Shown: positions 1 to 14,092 of the stretch, in pieces | Numbering within the stretch: the stretch's first letter is position 1 | Layout: the number at the start of each line of letters is the position of its first letter | Source: the human T2T-CHM13v2.0 reference genome, Homo sapiens | Assembly (NCBI RefSeq): GCF_009914755.1 | Contig: NC_060937.1 | Direction: 5' to 3' (one strand) | DNA: 64,000 nucleotides | The notes under the pieces: model-generated | What the model was told of the DNA's origin: nothing | The model's input: the letters and a program-made list of their open reading frames with translations, nothing else | The model's database searches: none | Translations under genes and position numbers: made by a program

Positions 1-33
1 TTTTGGTGGGGAGACACAATTCAACCTATAACA
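1..33 (-). mobile_element. 5' terminus of an MLT1-family MaLR LTR, cut by the window edge
   Basis: GGGAGACACAATTCAACCTATAACA is the reverse complement of the MLT1 start TGTTATGGGTTGAATTGTGTCCC. Confidence 0.65.
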
Positions 34-604
34 ATAGATGAAAGAATGTTTCCCAAAATTTTAATTTAATGATAAATCATTTCTGACTTTTGGGGAAAAC
101 CCCTTTGGTAAATATTATATTTTTCTAAGTTCTCTTCTAGCCAGTAATGTTAATTTTTAAATAATCCATGCTTTTATATCAGGGGCTTTTAATCTGTAAA
201 GCAGGTGTGTATATGAGAAAATGTTTTATCAAAGCATTTTTAGTTTTTCTCTTTGATATGTACAGAAATGCAAAATGTTAAAGAAGCATAGATTAAAATT
301 GCACTGATGATTAAGGGTCAGAAAAACCTATGTGGGTGATGGGAAAACTATGAAAAATATTAAACAATACACATAGTTATGCATGTGAATAAGACAATAT
401 AGAGAATAAATGCAAAGTGTAAGCAAATCTAAGAGTAAAAAATGTGAATAGAAAACCATGTATGTGTGCATATATATTCATGTGTATATTCTGTGTATAT
501 ATGTGTATGCCTATAATGTATGCACAACAAATACACAGACATGTATACAAATACACTCTGAGGAAGTGGTAGATTTAATGGGAAAAATAAGCAGGAATAA
601 AAGC

Positions 605-1615
605 TGTTGTGGAAAGTCAGGGACCCTGAACGGAGGGACTGGCTGGAGCTGTGACAGAGGAACATAAATTATGAAGATTTCATGGACATTTATCAGTTCC
701 CAAATAATACTCTTATAATTTCTTATGCCTGTCTTACTTTAATCTCTTAAGCCTGTTATCTTCCTAAGCTGAGGATGTGTGTCACCTCAAGACCACTATT
801 GTGTTAACTGTACAAAATGATTGTAAAATGTGTGTTTGAACAATATGAAATCAGTGCACCTTGAAAAAGAACAGAATAACAGCGATTTTAGGGAACAAGG
901 GAAGACAACCATAAGGTCTGACTGCCTGCAGGGTTGAGCAAAAAGAGTCGTATTTTTCTTCTTGCAGAGAGCCTATAAACGGACATGCAAGTAGGGAAGA
1001 TATCACTAAATTCTTTTCCTAACAAAGAATATTAATAATTAATACCTTGGGGAAGGAATGCATTCCTGGGGGGAGGTCTATAAACAGCCACTCTGACAGT
1101 GTCTGTCTTATGTGGTTGAGATAAGGACTGAAATATACCCTGGTTTCCTACAGTACCCTCAGGTTTATTACAGTGGGGAAAAAACCCCACTCTGGTAAAT
1201 TTAAGGTCAGACCAGTTCTCTGCTCTCGAACCCTGTTTTCTGTTGTTTAAGACGTTTATCAAGACAATACATGCACAGCTGAACATAAACCCTTATCAGT
1301 AGTTCTGCTTTGCCCTTGTCCTGTTCCCTCAAAAGCATGTGATCTTTGTTCTCCTTTTTGCCCTTTGAAGCATGTGATCTTTGTGACCTACTCCCTGTTC
1401 TTACACCCCCTCCCCTTTTGAAATCCTTAGTAAAAACTTGCTGGTTTTGCAGCTCAGGTGGGCATCATGGTCCTGCCAATATGTGATGTCACCCCCAGAG
1501 GCCCAGCTGTAAAATTCCTCTGTTTGTACTCTTTCTCTTTATTTCTCATCCCGCCGACACTTATGGAAAATAGAAAGAACCTACGTTGAAATATTGGGGG
1601 CGAGTTCCCCCAATA
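605..1615 (+). mobile_element. Solo LTR MER11A (HERV-K11/HML-8, ERVK)
   Basis: Starts TGTTGTGGAAAGTCAGGGACCC and ends GTTCCCCCAATA. 6-bp TSD AAAAGC at 599-604 and 1616-1621, the length typical of betaretroviruses. Confidence 0.93.
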
Positions 1616-2129
1616 AAAAGCATACAGATTTATGTATTTTTTGTTCTAGCAAGCACATAAAATACATCTTGTAAGTCAGTGGTATTCCAGCCAATTCTTT
1701 TGCCATTGTTAGTCTGTCATGAGCTTTTTGGTGATTTATGGAAAAATAAGAAAATGTATTAATTTTATTGTTAATGAGAATTCATTTAATTTAAATAAAT
1801 TTTTAGTTTTGCATATTTTGAGATATTATATGTTGTATATTTGTTGTTATCTAATATTATTTTTTAAGATATGTGAAATATAACAACTGGTAGTTTTTCT
1901 TTAAATCTTGAATTTTTACTGGTTTAACTTTCTAACTAATTCAACAATATAAATGGAAAATTATTGGTTTCTCTCTTAATTTTATGTATAATAAACTTTT
2001 CCAGGCTGTGAAATTCAAATTTTCATAATTAGTGTTGTAGTTAATACACCATTATTAATAATGTTTAGTCAGGAGAGAATCATACTTTTATGTTTGATTG
2101 CATATTTTCATAAAAGGATTATAAATAAC

Positions 2130-2635
2130 TGTCCATAGCAACTTTATTTTTAACAGCCCAGAACTGAAAACCACAAAGCCCAAATTCCCATCAACAAGTA
2201 AATGGATAAACACATTGTAGTACACGCACATGATGGAACACTATTGAGCAATACAAAGGAATGAATTATCAATACTTGCAAAATGTGTATTGATTTCAAA
2301 AAAAATATGCTGAGTGAAAGAAGCCAAGCATAAATAGCACATGCTGTGTGATTCTATTTATATAAAACTTTGAACATTCTAAACATCTATAGTGACAAAA
2401 AGTAAATCTGTGGTTGCCTGTGATCAGGGAATTAGCAGGGGTGGTAAGGAGGGATTACAAAGGAGCTTGAAGAAAACTGATGAGGATAAAAATAAGGTCA
2501 AGATCTTGATTGTGGTGATGTTTTTACAACAGTGTATATGTACATACATATACACACACACACACATATACACTTTGCATATCTGCATAAAGAGGACTTC
2601 AGTAACCTCAATGAACAGGTAAACTAAATTATACC
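2130..2635 (+). mobile_element. Ancient L1 3' end (L1ME/L1MC-type)
   Basis: CATAGCAACTTTATT...CCCAAATTCCCATCAACAAGTAAATGGATAAAC...ATGCTGAGTGAAAGAAGCC are motifs of the L1M ORF2 end and 3'UTR. Confidence 0.8.
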
Positions 2636-3128
2636 TCACAGATCAATTATAATATTTTTAGTAGAATCAGTATAGCCTGTAGAATGTAGACTGTGGATAT
2701 TTACATGGGAAAAACATTCTTGTTAATCCTTCTCCTCATGGATAGAGAGAAGTGAGCAATTTCAGTCTTGACTCAGAGCAATTTTAACTCTTTTGCTGTC
2801 CTCTACATTATAATTTTAAGGCATATATTCATTCAAAAGTTTACCGAACATTTTGATGGCCAGTTATTTTGATAAGCTTGGTTAGTTAAACCTAATAAAC
2901 ATACATTGGAAGCTATTCTAGATGTTCTTGTAACTTTTCAAAGCATGGTAGACAGTCTACGATGATTCAGGATTAACAAGAATGTCTTTTCCATGTAAAT
3001 ACTCACCGTCTACATTCTACAGGCTATATTGATTCTACTAAAAATATTATAATTGGCCTGCAAGCTATAATTTAGTTTACCTGTTGATTGAGGTTACTGA
3101 AGTCCTTCCTTACCCACTTTGATCAACT

Positions 3129-3425
3129 ATTTTTTAAAATAGCTTTATTGAAATAAAATTAATCACAACAAACTTCAGATACTCAAACTTCAGATATTCA
3201 GATATGCAAATTATGTATGTATACACATATATTGTATACATATATATTTATATTTATGTAAAGGAGTAAAATAGAGATTTATGTATTCAGATATGCAAAA
3301 TGTACATATGTGTATATATATATATGTATATACATATACACTGTTGTAAAAACATCACCACAATCAAGATCGTGACCTTATCCATTAATCTCATCAGTTT
3401 TCTTCAAACTCTTCTGTAATCCCTC
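3129..3425 (-). mobile_element. Ancient L1M 3' end fragment with an embedded TA-rich microsatellite
   Basis: TAGCTTTATTGAAATAAAATT...CATCACCACAATCAAGAT matches the antisense L1MB/MC 3' end. Confidence 0.65.
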
Positions 3426-3449
3426 CTGCTATATGGTCCTGCTATATGA

Positions 3450-4545
3450 ACAAGATCTCATGATATGAAGCTCTCTGTGGCAGGTAATTGTAACAGGTGT
3501 TGTCTTTTAAAAGTCCTAATAGAAGGGTCGCCTTTATGACCCTAGGGGCCTAGAACAAAATTATATTGTTGCTGCAGAGACTTATAAACCGTATGAAAGC
3601 AGTGCCTGCTATTAAACTTAGTCTTGGTAGAGACTCAATATATAACTGTGGGACACCACACCAAGTGACTATTTATCCATAACTGTCTACCACGAATGTG
3701 GTAACATCAAAACTGTCACGTCATAGGGCTTGGTGGGCACAGCACCAATCACTCTTAAGATGTATATTGTTCACCTGGAATTAGGCTTCATAAAGTACAG
3801 AGAACATACATAATAGCATTAACAAATATTCCACACCCAAGGACCATATGTAACCTACCATCACTAAAATGATACCTCTCCACTTGCTCACAGATATTGT
3901 CTCATGGGCATTTGTTACAATAGTGGAAAAAAGGGAAACATGGATTGGTCACCTTGGTATAGTGATGAATGACTAGACCTTTACCACAAAATAACTACAC
4001 TATAATTTCGTATGTTTCTAAAAGATTTTGGTTTGCTTTGAGGTCTATATATTGTCATCCACTTTATGTACAAAGATTCTTCAAAGTAAAAATATGCATG
4101 TAATCATGAATAAAGCCAACTGGTTTGGCATATTGGCTAGTAATTAGAGATGAGAGAAACTGGGAGATCAATGTTGGCCTAGAAGCCTGGAAAAGAGGCT
4201 TATGGGTAGACATACAGGAATGGGAATACAGGATGTGTCTGTTGTATCACATATAAATACCTAAAGAAAGCATTTACTGCAGAAGAATATTAGTGAACCA
4301 GATGACCAAGATGATTTCTCCAGACATTGTCATTGTCATTCAAGATCCTGTGTGATGCACCAGTAATTAGAGTAGTCATTGTAGCAGAGGTGGTGGCTAC
4401 ATAATGGGCCTAACATTAAAGGCTTTCATTCTACAAGACAAAATTAGCTACTGCCACTGCTCTATGTCAAAATTCTCTGAAGAAGAGACTGAAGCTAAGC
4501 AATTTATATTGTACAATTCCTTTAGGAGAATAACCAGTACACGAA
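3450..4545 (+). mobile_element. Degenerate ERVL/MaLR-class internal pol fragment (tether/RNase H to integrase N-terminus)
   Basis: CTTGGTAGAGACTCAA, GGGCACAGCACCAATC and GTCATTGTAGCAGAGGTGGTGGCTACA...TAGCTACTGCCACTGCT resemble HERVL pol. Frames are heavily disrupted. Confidence 0.65.
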
Positions 4546-4655
4546 ATGAAGAATTTGATGAATTATAAGCCAAGGACTGTGAATAGAGGCAAATAATATT
4601 TTGGAATACATAAATATGTAAATTCTTAATTTATACTAATTAAAATTACACTATA

Positions 4656-4991
<336 letters not shown>

Positions 4992-6934
4992 CTAAATAAA
5001 ATACAATTTTAATTTTATTTAATGAAGTGATTTAAGCAAAAGTTTGCATATTACAATACATTAAAAGATACCAAAAAATGCTTTTAAAAGTTGAGACTAT
5101 TTCCATTATTTTACAATCATTTTAATTTTGATGAAAGTGAATTTGGCAAATTAGTCTTTATGAACAATCTTTGTGAAAACTCTTCATTAAATGACTTGTC
5201 CTTAATATTATTTTTCTGTGACATTGATTTTAAACTATTATGTCTTCTAATCATCTCACTTATATATGAACTTCTCATGGCTATTTCCTTAATTACTGCC
5301 TAGTTATCCACTCAAAGTAGAAAACTGGTGACTGGAGTATATCAGCCTTTGTTCTGGATGACCAGTGAATATATTACATAATTATTGGGACACTTCTGGA
5401 CATAATGATAACAAACCCTTAATTTTTTGCATTAATTATTAACAATGAATATATCTGTTCTAGCAATCCAAAATACTCAGGATATTTTTGAGTTCACTCT
5501 TGCATTTATACTAGTAAAATATTATTACCAGAGCTGAATGGTAACATGTTTATTCTCTCTCCCGTGGAGTCACATGCAAAGAAACTATGGCTAATACAAA
5601 TATGAGAGATGCACATATAATTTGCTGATCAAATTAAAACAATAAAAACAAAACAAAAAAGATTTAATTTAAACTTTCCACGTACAAAAGCTTGTATTTA
5701 TTGATTTTTTAAGGAAATAGCATATTATCTTGAAAATTGCTATTAAGAAATACAGTTGGCTATTTTTGCACTCAAAATTATTTTAGAGATCGTGATAATG
5801 CACTACCCCTAAATGGTTTTTCACATGTATGTATATATAAAGAAAATTTAATGACTAGAAGCACGAGGAACTGAAACATAAACGGGAAAGAAACATGCTT
5901 TGGAAGCTAGCCCAATTTATTGAGTAGGAGTAACAATAAATATAGAATTGTTGTAGGAGTCAAACTGGGAACAGTTAAAGAAAAATCAGCTAGGATTTTC
6001 AGCATAAAAAAAGTACATGTATTTGAAATATTTAAATAACCAAATAAGAACAAATACATTTGACTTTATAGTTTTTTTGAATGAGAACAAAATTTTACTA
6101 ACATCTATTTTTATTTAGCCCACTAGGATTCTGACAGCAGTTATTATTTTTTTTAATATTCTATTGTGCAATGAATTCTATTTGATACTCTGAGTCAGTG
6201 ATATTAAATAAATGCTTGATATTTTCTCCTATTTCTCTGCCTCCTCCTCCTGCTGCTGCTTCTCCTTCTTTTCCTGTCTTTCTCTCTGTCTGTCTGTATC
6301 TCTTATTTTCTCTCTCTCTCTCCTCTTACTTCATCCAGTGGCATAAAATACATTGTATTTGCATCAGTGAGCATGATTCTGATGTTGGACATGACTAAGT
6401 ATTCGTTGATAACTTACATGTTAATTATTCTAGATATTATCTTTAGATTACTGAATTATGATAACCACTAAGAAGAAATATTTTGAATTTTTTACGTGTA
6501 TTTTGATTTCAAAGAAAAGTTAAACTGATTAAACAATTTCTGTAAATAAATACATTGAAAATAAAAACGTTCTAATTTGTGGTTATATCAGTTTATATAC
6601 TTTAATTGTTATCTGACTATCCATAAAATTATACCTTGCGATTTCTACCATTAGTTTTACAAATACTGCATTAATAAATTACACGTTATATCAACTTCAA
6701 AACACAAAAACGGGATTTCTATGGCAACTAAACAAACTCATTTATATCAGTCTTATTTCTTTATCTTTAATGTCTTTGATTTGTAATTTCAAGAAAGATT
6801 CATTTAACACACAAATAATTATTCATGCCCTTTGTAAATAAACAAACATTTTGTCTTGTTTTAAAATAACATTTTGAATATGTACTTAAAATGCATGTGG
6901 ATCTTAAGTCAGTGTTATTTAAAATCAACATTTC

Positions 6935-7183
6935 TGAGAGGCTGAGGTGGGAAGATGGCTTGAGGCCAGGAGTTCAAAGACAAGCCTGGGCAAGATGGTG
7001 AGACCTAGCCTCTAGAAAAAAAATTTAAAAAGAAGATTGGACAGCATGTGGTACGTGTCTGTTGTCCCAGCTACTCAGGAGGCTGAGGCAAGAGGATCTC
7101 TTCATCCCAGGAATTTGAGGAGGCAATAAATTACGACCATGCCACTGCACTTCAGCCTGGGCAACAAAGTGAGACCTTGTTTC

Positions 7184-7220
<37 letters not shown>

Positions 7221-7221
7221 A
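6935..7221 (+). mobile_element. 5'-truncated AluJ with a (TAAA)n tail
   Basis: GAGGCTGAGGTGGGAAGATGGCTTGAGGCCAGGAGTTC is AluJ-type. The tail has become a TAAA tetramer repeat. Confidence 0.88.
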
Positions 7222-7919
7222 TGCATATTGCTTGCTACCTTAAATAAGATAAACTTTTTCCTTTTAGTGAAGACAAATAGTAGCTTAATATCAGTGATAA
7301 GAACAAAACCCCATCTTATTGCAGTTATTGAAATTCTTACTTTACTTTTATAATTCTTCCATCATTTTTCATCTGATAACCAATTTTTTTTCCATAAACA
7401 TATAAACTCATTATCTTAAGCACATATCAGTAGCTCCTTAAAATGTTAGGATAATTGTAATTTTTATTTAAAATAACATTTAAAAATTAATATTAATAAC
7501 AATAAATGATTATAAAGTCTATATTTATATTGAGTTAACATTTAAATTTAAACAATGCATTTTGGTCTAAATCATGAAAAATTTTGTTATTGCTTTTATT
7601 AGAGATTCTGTTCAATTTATACATGTGAATTAATTTTTGGTCAGTAAAATCTTTAAGAAGGTTCTATTTCTTGTAATTTTATAGAATTGATAAAAATCAA
7701 CCATCCCTTACAAAAGAATATAGATAAACTATAATGCATGATCCTGTGTGAAAACATAAAACTATGATCCTGTGTGAAAACATTAAAATAACACAAATGC
7801 AGCCATATTTGGAGGAGCCTGCATTCTGACCTGTAGAGCAGCCCCATGAAACCTCTAGTAAAACTGTGAAAAACTAGAGTAAGATAAACAAATCGTAAAA
7901 GCAAAAGGAGAAAAGTACA

Positions 7920-10640
7920 CATTAATGTCAAAGGAGTACATACAGATAATTCTTTAGCTTTTCAACAGAAACAGTGAAAGTACAAAAACAATGGCATTCC
8001 ATAATTAAAGTGGTGAAAGGAAATAACTACCATCAAATTTACATTCTAAAACATATGAAGATATGTTTTTCAGAGACAAGAAAGGTGCTTCCAGTTGAAA
8101 TAGAAATGTAAAACAATGAAAATGAAAAAGGTATTAAAACAACTAATAAAAATGGAAAACATGTTAGTAAATGTAAATAAATACTGAGCAATAAATGAAT
8201 ATTGAAATATTTATCATGTAATTTAAAATGCTCATCAAATAAAATCACAAGTGACAATATTCCAAGAGGTAAAATAAAGGCACTATGAGTTAATGTAGTC
8301 TTAATTTTTTAGAACTAGCAGTTAAATAGCTCTATATTTAATAGAACTAAAAAGAAATAAATCAACCATCATATTGCAAAATTTCAACAAATAATTCTGT
8401 TAATTGATACAGTGAAATGTTAAAAAAATAGTAAATACATAGAAAATAAGAGCAATGTATTCACAATGAGCAAACAATATTTATTTTTAAGGGCTTATGG
8501 AATATGCCCAAATGTTTTATATATTTATCAAAACTGACCGTGTGTGGGTCCGTAAAACAATATCAACAAATTTCAAAGTACTGACATCATCGAACATATG
8601 TTCTGCAAATATAGTGGAACTGAGCTATAAATAAATAGATAGCCATACAGATTATTAATAAATCCTCTCAGTTTGAAAATTATTCAGTACACATGTAATG
8701 TTCCCATAGGCTAAAAACGTCATTTAAATTTCAAATTATTTTAACTGAATAGTAATTAAGAAATGCCATATAAAACTTGTTGGGAGCATCTAAACTCACA
8801 TATATAAATTAATATTGAAGTGCATATAGAAGAAAACAAAGCCCCAAAATCAATAATCTAAAAATCTGGATCATGAATTTAAAAATTAAACACAAAGAAA
8901 AGAGAATGAGTAAATTGATAAATATAAAAGTGGAAATAAATGTGATAGGGCATACGATAGAGTAAAAGCCTAAAAGTTGGTTTTCTGAAAAGACTAGTAT
9001 TATTAATACTAAAGAATTATATTTATAATAAAACCTTAGGTGGAATTGATAAATGGTGCCCCAAAAAAGAAGACACGAAGATCTATATCAGAAATAAAAA
9101 TATATCACTATATTTTCATAAAAATACCTTTAAATATTAATAAAACATAAAGATAGAAAATTACAATCTATGAAACTGACATAAAAATATAAATTACAGA
9201 CAGTCACAAAAGTATTAAATAAATTTATCATTAAAAGTGAAAACACCATGCTTGATGCCTTAGCAGTGAGTTATTCCATGTAATTGAGGAATAAATTACA
9301 TCAATATTATAGAAATATCGAATAATTTATTCCATGACATCATTAAACCTACATACTAGAATCTTACAGGGCCATTACAAGGAAGTGAAATTGAAGGTCA
9401 ATATCACTTTGAATATTGATACCAACAACCTAAAGAAAGTATGGGTACCTTTATCTAGTGACTAAGTAAAATTCAATATATCCATGAGCTAAAGTGCATT
9501 AATTTCAGTATTAAAATTTCAATTTAATATTCACATCAACTAATGTTACCTATGAAATTGATATAATATAAAGGTACTTAGCATGTTCATTAGGTGCAAG
9601 AGATGGTAAGGGTCCTTAGTAGGAGAAAGTAACCACTTTACATGATAAAGTACAAAAATGACCTATAGCAAACATTATGTCGAAGGGTCAAATAATGCAT
9701 GTTTGAGATTCAGGATGAAAAGCCAATACCTGTTCTCAAAACTTACATTCACCAGTGTAATAGAAACCTGGATTAGTGCAAGAAGATATAAAAAAGTGAG
9801 AAAAGGTATAAGAATTTAAATATGTTAAAGTAAAAATGTTTTCAGTCATAGACAAAATAGTAATCCACTGATATATTTAGAAATGCAAAGTAAATATGTA
9901 AAAATAATATATATTATTTTATTGCAGCACAAAAAAGAATATGGAATTTAATGCAATTTATAGTCTTATCAAATACATCAAATGCAAAGGAATAATTTAA
10001 ATAAAAGATGTGCAAAATAAGTAAACTAAACTACAAAGTATTGTTGAGACAAAGGATAGCAAATCTAATTTAATGGAAGAATGCACAATACTCCTATCTC
10101 GAAATATATATTTAGAGGTGTGAATTCTCCTTAAGTTCATCTATAGATCCAATGCAATTCTAATAAAAAGTCTAGCCATTTTAGGAGGATTAAAAATGTA
10201 TGTGAAAAAATTATATGGAAATGGAGAGGGTCAGAAATAGCCATGACATGCTTGCAAAAGGAAAACAAAGTGAGAGATCTAACCTAACATATTAAGAACT
10301 ATCATTAAGCCACAGTAATTAAGGATAATGTTAAGCAAGAAGCCGGAAGTAAAAATTGCTGTATACGATGATGCCTATACAAGAAGTTCAAGGTTGGCAA
10401 CGTTTAATCAGAGGTGTTATAAATAATTATGGCATTTGCACTTTGGGACGAGGGAGGTTAATGGCTTGTCAGGGGCATAAGGTGGTTTCTGGAATGTTGC
10501 TCATATCTTATTTCTCCATTTGAATCATAGTTACGTGGATGAGTTCACATTATTAATTTATTAACATTCATGGAGCCAGGCCCTTATTATTTAGGCAGTT
10601 TTTCATATGTATGTTATACTTCAATAAACCTTTATTTTAA
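7920..10640 (+). mobile_element. Long, highly decayed ancient L1 (L1ME/L1M4-type): ORF1 end, ORF2 remnants and 3'UTR
   Basis: TTTTCAACAGAAACAGTGAAAG (ORF1 end), CAACAAATTTCAAAG (endonuclease end), CTATAGATCCAATGCAATTC (late ORF2), GTATGTTATACTTCAATAAA (3' end). A-rich sense strand. Confidence 0.75.
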
Positions 10641-12344
10641 AATGTATGCTAGATATGAATTACTGCACCCGTTTTTTACATGAAGAATCTGATTCAAAGT
10701 TAAATCATTATGCAAGTTTACCACTGTTAAGATCAGTATTTACTTAGTTTGATCTTACCCAAAATTCACGATTTTATACAATAATTATCATGAAAACCTG
10801 AAGTTTCCAATGGAGAAAAAAAACGGAAATTGAATCAGTCATTTGGTTGTAAAGAAAACTAAAAGAGTTAGTCTAGAATACCAGGATAATATGAGCAATA
10901 AACTAAATTCAAGAAAACAAGACAGATTGATGATATGTACTTCATTGATCTTTCACATTAAGTCTTTCAGTGTAAAGGCTGAAGAATTATATATTTATAA
11001 AATTATTTTGGAGAAAATGATTGACAGATTTAACATTACTCTGATCTCCAAACAGGTTGTTATTTTGGACTAAGCTGAAATTCTTTTTATACAATAATAT
11101 CATCATTTTCCCAGGCTCCTCAATTCAACACTTTTTATGAAGATTGTTTATCAACTGCTGAATATAGCTGTCTGTTTTATATTTGCTTATTATTAGCTGT
11201 GTGCTTGATTACTACATGTCTATATTGAGTGGAATATTTTATGCAACAATTCATTTGAAATAGTGTAAGTCTTTGCTTCGATCAATAATTTCTATCATAT
11301 CTAACATAAAATTTCATTGCGGTTTTTCTTCACATAAAAAGTAAGTAACTTGTTTTTATGCCACACAAGTGTGAAAAGAAAGATATCTTAAGAGTATATA
11401 AGTTTATAATTGAATTTCGAAACCCTAAACAGTAAGTCACATTGAAAATTGATCTAGTGACTCATAATTTGATGTGTTTCACTATCCTAGTACAATAGCT
11501 TTTTCAAAGGGTAGATGTAAAGATCTTAAGCTTTTTTACAAATTGCTTTCTCCTACACCCATTGTGATTAAGTAGTGTTATCTTCTGTATGTTTGTTCTA
11601 AAAGAGTATAATGAATTAATATATTCAGTTAATGAGATGGTGTCCTGATCCTCCCATCTCTTAAAAATTTTCCTCACTAATTTACAAATATGTACATAAA
11701 AAATTTATCACACCATGTATGTAAGTATATTATTTAAATTTCAGATCACAAGCCAAAATTATTTTGATGACATTTAAATCTAAAGATTTAAATTTCATTT
11801 TGACTGCCTCCTGTAGATATAAATTATTTGGAAAAATATAAAATATTTTTGTCTCTGCGTAGGTCATTAGCTCGTCTCCTTTTCCTCATGATATGTGGGC
11901 ACTAAGAGAAAAGACGGCAATGGTTGAAGGCTAAAATTTAGGTAACTTAAACTAGGTTTTCTCTTTTTGAAATCTAGGCCATTGTAGACAATTTATCCTA
12001 TTACCCCAGAAGCGACTGAGATGGTGGAAATTAATGATTAGGTAAGTGAAACTGATCAACAGGTAAGAATTGAAAAAAGGGACCAGGGACTTCTGGACAG
12101 AATTTGCACTAATGCTTTGGAGCCATATAGAAAATCATATACAGCACATCAGTTTTACCAGAAACTTGAACACTCACCTCAAGCAGCTCCTTGATACATG
12201 ACACTCTAATAATTGGATACAATTCTATCCTATCAACATATCAACATATTTTCAATTTATTTAACATTTGTTAAGTACAAGATCGAAAAATGACATTTGT
12301 ACATTTTTGAAGATAATTATTTGGTTAGATAATTAAACCATACA

Positions 12345-12783
12345 GTAAAAAAAATCCAATCAAAAAGCGGGCTAAGAACATCAATAGACAATTCTCAAAA
12401 GAAGATATATAAATGGCCAACAAGCATATGAAAAAAATGCTCAACATCACTAATCACCAGGGAAATACAAATCAAAACCACAATGAGATACCATCTTCCT
12501 CCTACGAGAAGGGCCACAACCAAAAAAAAAAAAATAAAAGACGTTGGCATGGATATGGTGAACAGGTAACACTTCTACGCTAAACGTGGTAATGTAAACT
12601 AGTAAAACCACTATGGAAAACCGTGCGGAGATTCCTTAGAAAGAACTAAAAGCAGAACTATAATTTGATCCGGCAATCCCCCTACTGGGTATCTATCCAG
12701 AGGAAAAGAAGTCATTATGTGAAAAAGATACATGTACACGCATGTTTATAGCAGCACAATTTGCAATTGCCAAAACGTGGAAG
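12345..12783 (+). mobile_element. L1PB-type ORF2 3' fragment with no 3'UTR or poly(A)
   Basis: CAATTCTCAAAAGAAGATATATAAATGGCCAAC and GAGGAAAAGAAGTCATTA are L1PB diagnostics. Confidence 0.85.
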
Positions 12784-12787
12784 TAAT

Positions 12788-13260
12788 GTTAATTTTAACT
12801 GACAAATCATAATCATATATGTTTATATAGTGCAATATGGTGTTTTGATATACGTATTACAAGGTGGAATGAGTGAATTGAGCTAATTAACATACCCATC
12901 ACCAGAATTATCATTTTTTGTGGTGAGATGTTTGAAATTTACTATCTTGCTTATTTTGAAGTATAGAATATGTTATTATTGACTATAGTCACCTTACTGT
13001 ACAAAAGATGTCAAAGCTTATTCATCTTGTTTAGCTGAAATTTTGACCAACAATTCTTTATTTTCATCCCCACCTCTCAGCCTCTGATAACCATCCTTCT
13101 CTACACCTCTATGAATTTGACTTTTCTAGATTCGACATATAAGTGAGATTGTGCAGTATTTGTCTTTCTGTGCCTGGCTTATTTTATTTAGCACAATACT
13201 CTCCAGTTTCATAGGAAGAAAATTCATTCTTTACTAAGGCTGTGCTCTCTTCCATTATTT
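12788..13260 (-). mobile_element. L1MA (MA8/9-like) 3' end
   Basis: GAGCTAATTAACATACCCATCACC...TTTGTGGTGAGATGTTTGAAATTTACT...ATAAGTGAGATTGTGCAGTATTTGTCTTTCTGTGCCTGGC. Confidence 0.85.
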
Positions 13261-13597
13261 GCTTGAACTATAGCTAGATATAGCCCCAATTTATCTCTTT
13301 CATAGGATTTCTCTGGAAGTGGCAGGATTTGGCTAATACATGTCAGAACTAAATATTTTTCTGTAATTTCCTCATAACCACAGCTTTGGTTGGCTTAAAT
13401 CATGGCTCCTATGGTCATTTTTAATTATATGTTGTTGATGGTGGTGGGGCATTTCTTTATCATAGAAATAATTATTTGATTTCCAGTTTTCTGTCTCCAA
13501 TTCTTTGCTGCCTATTGACTGTTCACTTCTAATAAGCTAATAAACAATTTTCAGATTTTTCTACATGCAGCAAGCCACTTCCAGATACCAAACTGTG

Positions 13598-14092
13598 TAC
13601 TGTCTGAAGTTACATTAAGCTGACAGTGACACAAAATCCAAAATATTCTACAGAAGTGTATTTCTTTCTTACATAAAATCACATGTGAATAGTTTTATTG
13701 CAGGTATAGTGGGCTCATGATCATCATAGCCATGCTGATAGACATAGATATGTTTTTCTCAACCAACTTCAATTTTTGAGTCCTGACTCATTGTTCAAGA
13801 CTGTTTTTTCATTCCAATATGGTATACCTAGAATCTAAACAGCAAGAATGAAAAAGGGAAAAAAATTAGTTAGAAGCTAAAAGGAGCATACTAGATACGC
13901 TTAGGAAGCTCCTCAGGTGCAGTGTTTCTATATCATTGACTGAAATTTAGTTAATGTGAACTGAAATGACTCAAAGGGGGACTAGAAATAATTCATTATT
14001 CCAGGTACCCATGTGTCCATATAATATTTAGGGATTCTATCACAATGGAATAAGAAGGAATAGGTATTAGAAATGAGCAAATAGTCTGAAAC
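13598..14092 (-). mobile_element. Old MaLR LTR (MLT1J/I-like)
   Basis: AGAAGTGTATTTCTTTCTTACATAA and GGGGGACTAGAAATA...CCATGTGTCC...GGGATTCTATCAC follow the antisense MLT1J layout. Confidence 0.5.

Noticed and set aside
1330-1390. Direct repeat AAGCATGTGATCTTTGT inside the LTR
   Set aside because: As I recall, a built-in feature of MER11 LTRs rather than locus-specific.
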